Part shown: in pieces, positions 58,975-64,000 of the stretch
How positions within the stretch are numbered: the first letter of the stretch is position 1
Layout: every line of letters starts with the position of its first letter
Source of the DNA: an uncultured bacterium
Lineage (GTDB): Bacteria > JAGOEH01
Assembly (NCBI GenBank): GCA_964632485.1
Contig: CAZWDO010000012.1
Coordinates: 1 to 64,000 of the forward strand
DNA: 64,000 nucleotides
Reading direction: 5' to 3'
Program-made: the position numbers and the translations under genes
The notes under the pieces: model-generated
What the model was told of the DNA's origin: nothing
What the model saw: only the letters and a program-made list of their open reading frames with translations
Database searches by the model: none

Positions 58975-60222
58975 TCATGGCCGGCCTAATAGACGAAACA
59001 TATTTTTCTTATAGGCTTCAACTCCAGGCTGATCAAATGGATTGATCCCCATAAGATACCCGTTCAACGCCGTTGTTTTTTGGAAAAAGAATACCATTTC
59101 TCCCAGTGTAAATTCATCCAATCGATCCAATTCGAGCCGGATAATAGGTACATCCCCACTTTCGTGGGCTTGGGCGGTTCCCTGATAAGCCAGATAATTG
59201 ATTTGGTTGAGGTCTTTCCCCACCAAGTAATTGAGCTGGTCGAAATCTTGGGGAGAATCCGGTAAAACCAGTGGTTTTTTTTGATGGACGAAAAGGAAGG
59301 TTTCAAAGAGGATGCGCGGTCCCTCCTGTATCCATTGTCCCAGGGAATGCAGATCGGTGGAAAAGATAGTGGCTGCCGGGAAAAGTCCCTGAGCTGATTT
59401 TCCTTCGCTTTCGCCGAAGAGCTGTTTCCACCACTCGTTGAAATAGCGTAACCGGGGTTCAAATGTGGACATAATTTCGATTTCTTTGCCATTTTTATAA
59501 TAGTGGTCACGGGCGCAGACATAGCTGTAGAGAGGATTTTCAGCTTCCTGCGTGGAGTGTTGACATTCCCGGGCGCCTTGTAGGAGAGCATCGATGGAAA
59601 ACCCGGCAACCGCGATCGGAAGCAGGCCAACGGCAGTCAATACGGAAAATCTACCGCCTATATCGTCCGGTACGACTAATGTTCGATAGCCTTGCTGGTC
59701 AGCCAGTCCTTTAAGGATTCCCTTGTGGGCATCAGTCGTGGCAATGATCCGCCGGGCAGTTTCGCTGCGGTTATATTTTCTTTCAAGGAGTTGTTTAAGA
59801 ACGCGAAAGGCAATAGCGGGCTCAATTGTGCCCCCGCTTTTTGAAACGATATTGATATAGAAATCACGGTCTTCCAAAAAGGCGCATAGTTCCTGTAAAT
59901 AATGGCCGTCCAGCGAAAATCCTGCGAAAATGACTTTCGCCGGATCGAAGCTCGGTTGCAGAGCCTCTATAATAGCTTTGGCGCCCAGATAGGAACCCCC
60001 GATACCAATAACGACAAGGTAGGATTGGCGTTGGCGTATCTCTTCGGCAATTAACTGAATTTGACGATACTCCTCAGTTTGCGTATAGGTAAGGGGCCAT
60101 TTATACCAACCGGCCCAACCGCTGCGATTGGTTTTCAGTTCTGTTGTTTCAATTTGAAGTATTCGTTCAATTGTCGGGGTAATGCCCGCATCCGGCAATT
60201 CCGTTTTAATTGAGATAGGCAT
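58975..60222 (-). CDS. pgi: Glucose-6-phosphate isomerase
   Basis: GIGGSYLG, SKSGGTIEP, IGGRFSV, QLFGESEGK, DLHSLGQ, NPFDQPGVEAYK. Confidence 0.97.
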   Translation of the reverse strand: MPISIKTELPDAGITPTIERILQIETTELKTNRSGWAGWYKWPLTYTQTEEYRQIQLIAEEIRQRQSYLVVIGIGGSYLGAKAIIEALQPSFDPAKVIFAGFSLDGHYLQELCAFLEDRDFYINIVSKSGGTIEPAIAFRVLKQLLERKYNRSETARRIIATTDAHKGILKGLADQQGYRTLVVPDDIGGRFSVLTAVGLLPIAVAGFSIDALLQGARECQHSTQEAENPLYSYVCARDHYYKNGKEIEIMSTFEPRLRYFNEWWKQLFGESEGKSAQGLFPAATIFSTDLHSLGQWIQEGPRILFETFLFVHQKKPLVLPDSPQDFDQLNYLVGKDLNQINYLAYQGTAQAHESGDVPIIRLELDRLDEFTLGEMVFFFQKTTALNGYLMGINPFDQPGVEAYKKNMFRLLGRP

Positions 60223-60225
60223 GGT

Positions 60226-61674
60226 TTATTCCTGTTTTAAGATGTTTTGGTATAATTGAATATATTGGCTGACAGTATTTTCCCAAAGATAACGATGATT
60301 CATGGCATTTTTCTGCCATTGGGTCCATTTGATGGGTTCGGTGAAAAACCAATCGATGATTTTTTCAGTTTTGAAGATAAAATCCAGAGCATTCCCCGAT
60401 TCAAAGACAAATCCGGTGCCGGAATCGGGTAATTCGAAGATATCCAGGATCGTATCAATTAATCCGCCGACCCGGCTGACGATGGGTAAGGTACCGTAGC
60501 GCATAGCATACAAATGAGAGAGCCCTCCGGGTTCGAGCCGGGATGGTTTGAGCAAAAGATCACTAGAGGCGAATAATCGGTGCATGAACGAGTTTGTTTG
60601 ACTGGGAAAATACCTGGTCCGGGTTGGATTCTGACCGCAGCGCTGGTCAACCAGTTTCTCGAATTCATGATCACCGGCGCCGATAATGATCAGGTTAATG
60701 TTTTTTTGCAAAAACCAATCCATCATCTCCAATAGAAAATCTACACCCTTTTCGCGTGTCATTCGCATGACGACTGCGCATAAGAGGAATTCATCATGAT
60801 CAAATCCAAGTTGATCCGAGATTTTTTTTCGATTGGCCCGTTTTGTTATTAGACTATCCTGAGTATAAGGATGAAGCAATTCCTGATCGGTGTGGCTGTT
60901 CCAGACGTTGCCATCAATGCCATTGATAATGGCGAATAGTTTATCCTCACGCGTTCGTAACACATCCTGGAGCCCGGCGCCATATTCCCGGGTTAAAATC
61001 TCCTGGCGATAATGGGGACTGGTTACCGAAATGGCGTCTGCGTAAAGAATCCCCCCTTTAAGAAAATTGATTTTACCGTAATATTCCAGTTTGTCCGGCG
61101 TGAAAAGGCTCCAGGGAAGATTGGTCAGGGGCATTTCAAACTGGGAATAGACACCCTGATAAAGTATGTTATTAACCGTTAGTAACGAACGGGCTGCCGG
61201 AAAATCATCCTGGTAGATTGTCTTCAGATAGACCGGGATGAGAGATGTTTGCCAATCAACACAATGGATGATATCCGGTTCGAACTTTAACTCTTTTAGC
61301 AGATGAAGAAATGCCTGATTGAAAAAAATAAAACGTTCCGCATTGTCTATATACTCGATGTTTCCATCACTATATAAATAATCGCGAAAATAATATTCAT
61401 CATTCCCTATTAAATATACTTTTCGGTTTTTGATTTGAGTCTCAAAAATTTCACATTCCACCGGCTTATTCATGATCTGAACTTCGAAGGTGATGGCGCT
61501 CGGTTTGATATTGAAGCGCTCGGTTTGCTGTTTGATGGATTTATAGTAGGGCAAACACTGAATAATCGTTTGATTTTGATTGTCTAAAGCATTTAGATAG
61601 GCGTAGCTGAGTTCGCCCAATCCCCCGGTCTTGACAAACGGTTCAGATTCGGAAGAAATAAAGGCAATTTTCAT
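60226..61674 (-). CDS. glgA: Glycogen/starch synthase (GT5) with atypical motifs
   Basis: MKIAFISSE..PFVKTGGL, DNAERF, DWQT, NGID, EPGGL..LYAMRYG, GGLIDT. Confidence 0.9.
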   Translation of the reverse strand: MKIAFISSESEPFVKTGGLGELSYAYLNALDNQNQTIIQCLPYYKSIKQQTERFNIKPSAITFEVQIMNKPVECEIFETQIKNRKVYLIGNDEYYFRDYLYSDGNIEYIDNAERFIFFNQAFLHLLKELKFEPDIIHCVDWQTSLIPVYLKTIYQDDFPAARSLLTVNNILYQGVYSQFEMPLTNLPWSLFTPDKLEYYGKINFLKGGILYADAISVTSPHYRQEILTREYGAGLQDVLRTREDKLFAIINGIDGNVWNSHTDQELLHPYTQDSLITKRANRKKISDQLGFDHDEFLLCAVVMRMTREKGVDFLLEMMDWFLQKNINLIIIGAGDHEFEKLVDQRCGQNPTRTRYFPSQTNSFMHRLFASSDLLLKPSRLEPGGLSHLYAMRYGTLPIVSRVGGLIDTILDIFELPDSGTGFVFESGNALDFIFKTEKIIDWFFTEPIKWTQWQKNAMNHRYLWENTVSQYIQLYQNILKQE

Positions 61675-61702
61675 AATTCCCTGCTTTTTGAAGGTGACCG
61701 GG

Positions 61703-63412
61703 TTATTTTTTTCCAAATTCAGGGTCGATTTTGATAAAAAATACTGGTATAAGGGCAAACAATACCGCCAAATTAACCCAGATAAAAAATGTTCGATATC
61801 CAACCGCTTGTTGGATTATGCCGCTGAACATCCCGGGGATCATCATACCCAAAGCCATAAAGCCAGTAGCTATCGCATAATGTGCTGTTTCAAATTTGCC
61901 TTTTGACGCATAGATCATGACCATCATATAGGCGGTGAATCCCAGGCCATAACCCAGTTGTTCAATGGCTACGCAGATAATCACAATTAGAAAGTTGTCA
62001 GGAACAGTGGCAGATAGATAAACGTACACCAGGTCGGGAAGATTGATTGCCAGCGCCATGGGCCACAACCATTTTTTTAATCCATGCCGGGCAACCAGTA
62101 TCCCACCCAGTATCCCGCCGATGGTCAATGTTGCCAATCCCACCGTGCCGTAGGCCAAACCAACCTGTCCGGTTGAAAGACCTAAACCACCCTTATCCAG
62201 ACCATCCATCAGGAATGGGGATGCCAGTTTTACTAATTGGGATTCCGCAAACCGATAGAGTAACAGAAATAAGAGCAGCGAAACAATATCTTTTTTATCA
62301 AAAAATGAAAAGAAAGTTTCTTTAAAAGCGCCAATAATTGAGGTTACGCTGCGGCCCTTCATCACGGCTTGATCCGTGACCGGATGGGGAAGAAACAGTT
62401 TATGGTAAAATGCAAAAAAGAGGAACATCGATGCCATCATGGCGAAAGTAAGCGACCATGAAAGTACGATATTCCCGGAAGTCGCTTTAAAAAAACTACG
62501 GGTTTGATACGATACTTTAGAGTCCAATTGAATCGCCGCCGATTGAGGAATATACCAGTTTTCCTGATTGAACACCAGCCGGCTGCCGCTTTTAAGCGTA
62601 AAATCTTTACTGCCTTCGCTGCGGTTGAGCATGACTACAATCTCTTTCCCCGCTTCCATCGGTCGGGAGAGACGAAAAAAGACTTCTTGGCTATCCATGC
62701 GCATCGAGGCAGATTGTACGGGGAAAATCAGAGTGTCCGGAAAGGCCAGAATACGTAAATCTTCATGCAGTGTGGTAGGCTGATTGAATTCCTGCGGCAT
62801 GGATTGCGTATGGACAGCGCTGGTATCAGTCTGTGTGACGATCTCAACGGGCGGCAAGCCGGATTGACTTTGAATAAAGCCGGCAAACATCACCAATAAT
62901 CCCTGACCCATCAACATGGCCAACCGATAAAAACTACTGCGTACACCGACGAACCAGGCTTGTTGGTGAGTGGAAAGACCCAATAAATAGAAACCATCGG
63001 CGGCAATATCATGGGTCGCCGACACAAAAGCGACTACCCAGAGAAGTATGAGCGAAAACCAGAAAAAAGACGAAAGTGGCAAGACTAAGGTCACACCGAT
63101 AAACGCAAAACCAAGTAGTAGTTGGCATAGCCATATCCAGTGACGCTTGGTTGAAAACGCAACCACCAGGGGACTCCATAGCGGTTTGATAACCCAGGGC
63201 AGATAGAGCAGACTGGTCCAAAAAGCAATTTTGTCATTGGCAATTCCAAGATTTTTATACATGATCACCGATGCGGTCATCGCTATGATATAGGGGATAC
63301 CTTCGGCAAAATAAAGTGAAGGAACCCAAAGCCAGGGAGTGCGGCTTTTCCCCTTGCTATCGATGATTCCCTTATGGATCGATTCTTGTTTCTCTATAGC
63401 TGTCTCCTGCAT
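61703..63412 (-). CDS. AmpG-like MFS permease with an inserted soluble domain
   Basis: LYFAEGIP, LPWVIKPLWSP, SATHDIAADG, LLYRFAE, TAHYAIATG. Confidence 0.85.
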   Translation of the reverse strand: MQETAIEKQESIHKGIIDSKGKSRTPWLWVPSLYFAEGIPYIIAMTASVIMYKNLGIANDKIAFWTSLLYLPWVIKPLWSPLVVAFSTKRHWIWLCQLLLGFAFIGVTLVLPLSSFFWFSLILLWVVAFVSATHDIAADGFYLLGLSTHQQAWFVGVRSSFYRLAMLMGQGLLVMFAGFIQSQSGLPPVEIVTQTDTSAVHTQSMPQEFNQPTTLHEDLRILAFPDTLIFPVQSASMRMDSQEVFFRLSRPMEAGKEIVVMLNRSEGSKDFTLKSGSRLVFNQENWYIPQSAAIQLDSKVSYQTRSFFKATSGNIVLSWSLTFAMMASMFLFFAFYHKLFLPHPVTDQAVMKGRSVTSIIGAFKETFFSFFDKKDIVSLLLFLLLYRFAESQLVKLASPFLMDGLDKGGLGLSTGQVGLAYGTVGLATLTIGGILGGILVARHGLKKWLWPMALAINLPDLVYVYLSATVPDNFLIVIICVAIEQLGYGLGFTAYMMVMIYASKGKFETAHYAIATGFMALGMMIPGMFSGIIQQAVGYRTFFIWVNLAVLFALIPVFFIKIDPEFGKK

Positions 63413-63575
63413 GTTCCGTATCTCCTTTCATTGATATTCGGCATTATCGTTTCTCTCACTCGCTTTTCCTGATACTCTAATCGATATTGATACAGGTATT
63501 TCGATAAGAATCTAATAAATAAACAGCCTCTAATTTATAATAAAAGAAATATTTTAAATTTGTCAATATAAATTT

Positions 63576-63603
63576 TAAACTTTTTTTGATGGAACGAGTC
63601 TAA
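63576..63603 (+). promoter_or_regulatory. Putative ECF-sigma promoter upstream of the Spy/CpxP-like gene
   Basis: TAAAC, 16 nt, AGTCTAA. Confidence 0.55.
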
Positions 63604-63655
63604 AGATAAGAACCCGGGTAAAATGAACCAATAAATTCAAGCTAAGGAGAAAAAA

Positions 63656-64000
63656 ATGAAACGCACTCTGATGACAGTATGCCTCGTTTTTGCATTGACA
63701 ATGATGTTAAGCGCCCAACCGCTGCCTGGCCGCCCAGGTTGTGGCCCGGTATGTGGTAAAATGGAGATGCGGGATGGCGGTAAAGGCGGTGAAAAAATGA
63801 TGGATGCCCGTATTCCCGGCGCTCAGTTTTTGTTGAAAAATGCTCAGAAAATCGGTTTGACGGAAGAGCAAGTGAATAAAATTGAAGGTATGGACTATGA
63901 TCATAAGAAAATGATGATCAACACCAAGCGCGATGTGGAAATGGCCGAATTGGATCTTCACAGTAAAATGAAAGCTGACAATCTTGATAAGAATGCCATT
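63656..64000 (+). CDS. Periplasmic Spy/CpxP/ZraP-like protein (partial, runs off the window; not in the ORF track)
   Basis: Hand translation: signal peptide MKRTLMTVCLVFALTMMLSA, G/M-rich segment, IGLTEEQ (LTXXQ motif); AAGGAG RBS. Confidence 0.85.
   Translation, partial: MKRTLMTVCLVFALTMMLSAQPLPGRPGCGPVCGKMEMRDGGKGGEKMMDARIPGAQFLLKNAQKIGLTEEQVNKIEGMDYDHKKMMINTKRDVEMAELDLHSKMKADNLDKNAI

Noticed and set aside
61675-61803. 43-aa N-terminal extension of GlgA in the ORF track
   Set aside because: It overlaps the ampG-like gene; the conserved GlgA start MKIAF is at 61674
1-64000. CRISPR arrays, tRNA/rRNA genes, transposases, integron cassettes
   Set aside because: Manual reading found no regularly spaced direct repeats, cloverleaf signatures or transposase/integrase motifs; a short tRNA or degenerate repeat could have been missed

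Overview
Bacterial scaffold with two 10-N gaps, probably a metagenome-assembled genome. It looks like an FCB-superphylum diderm, inferred from type IX secretion (T9SS/Por-type) C-terminal sorting domains, a TonB-type barrel, LptF/G and the RpoA/L17 style. Bases 1-15.4 kb hold the end of tuf and a complete S10-spc-alpha ribosomal protein superoperon. Next come an STAS anti-anti-sigma factor, an orphan cheA, an output-less membrane sensor, ruvX, mltG, a GT-C glycosyltransferase, nagZ and a 1697-aa T9SS-type cargo protein. These are followed by a GT2/GT4/GT4/O-antigen-ligase-like block, carbamate kinase, an MFS transporter, MscS and an outer-membrane barrel. The most unusual part is 42.5-54.8 kb. 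It encodes three large, apparently non-catalytic T9SS-type secreted proteins with cohesin-like and dockerin-like modules, plus a TPR putative lipoprotein and a PHP hydrolase. One of the three is an NHL-type beta-propeller into which two phage/eCIS baseplate-like modules appear to be inserted. A sigma-28-like promoter lies upstream of part of this cluster. The window ends with lptF/G, a MoxR ATPase and its uncharacterised partner, pgi, a motif-divergent glgA, an AmpG-like permease with an inserted soluble domain, and the start of a Spy/CpxP-like gene. All domain calls come from manual motif recognition; no searches were run.
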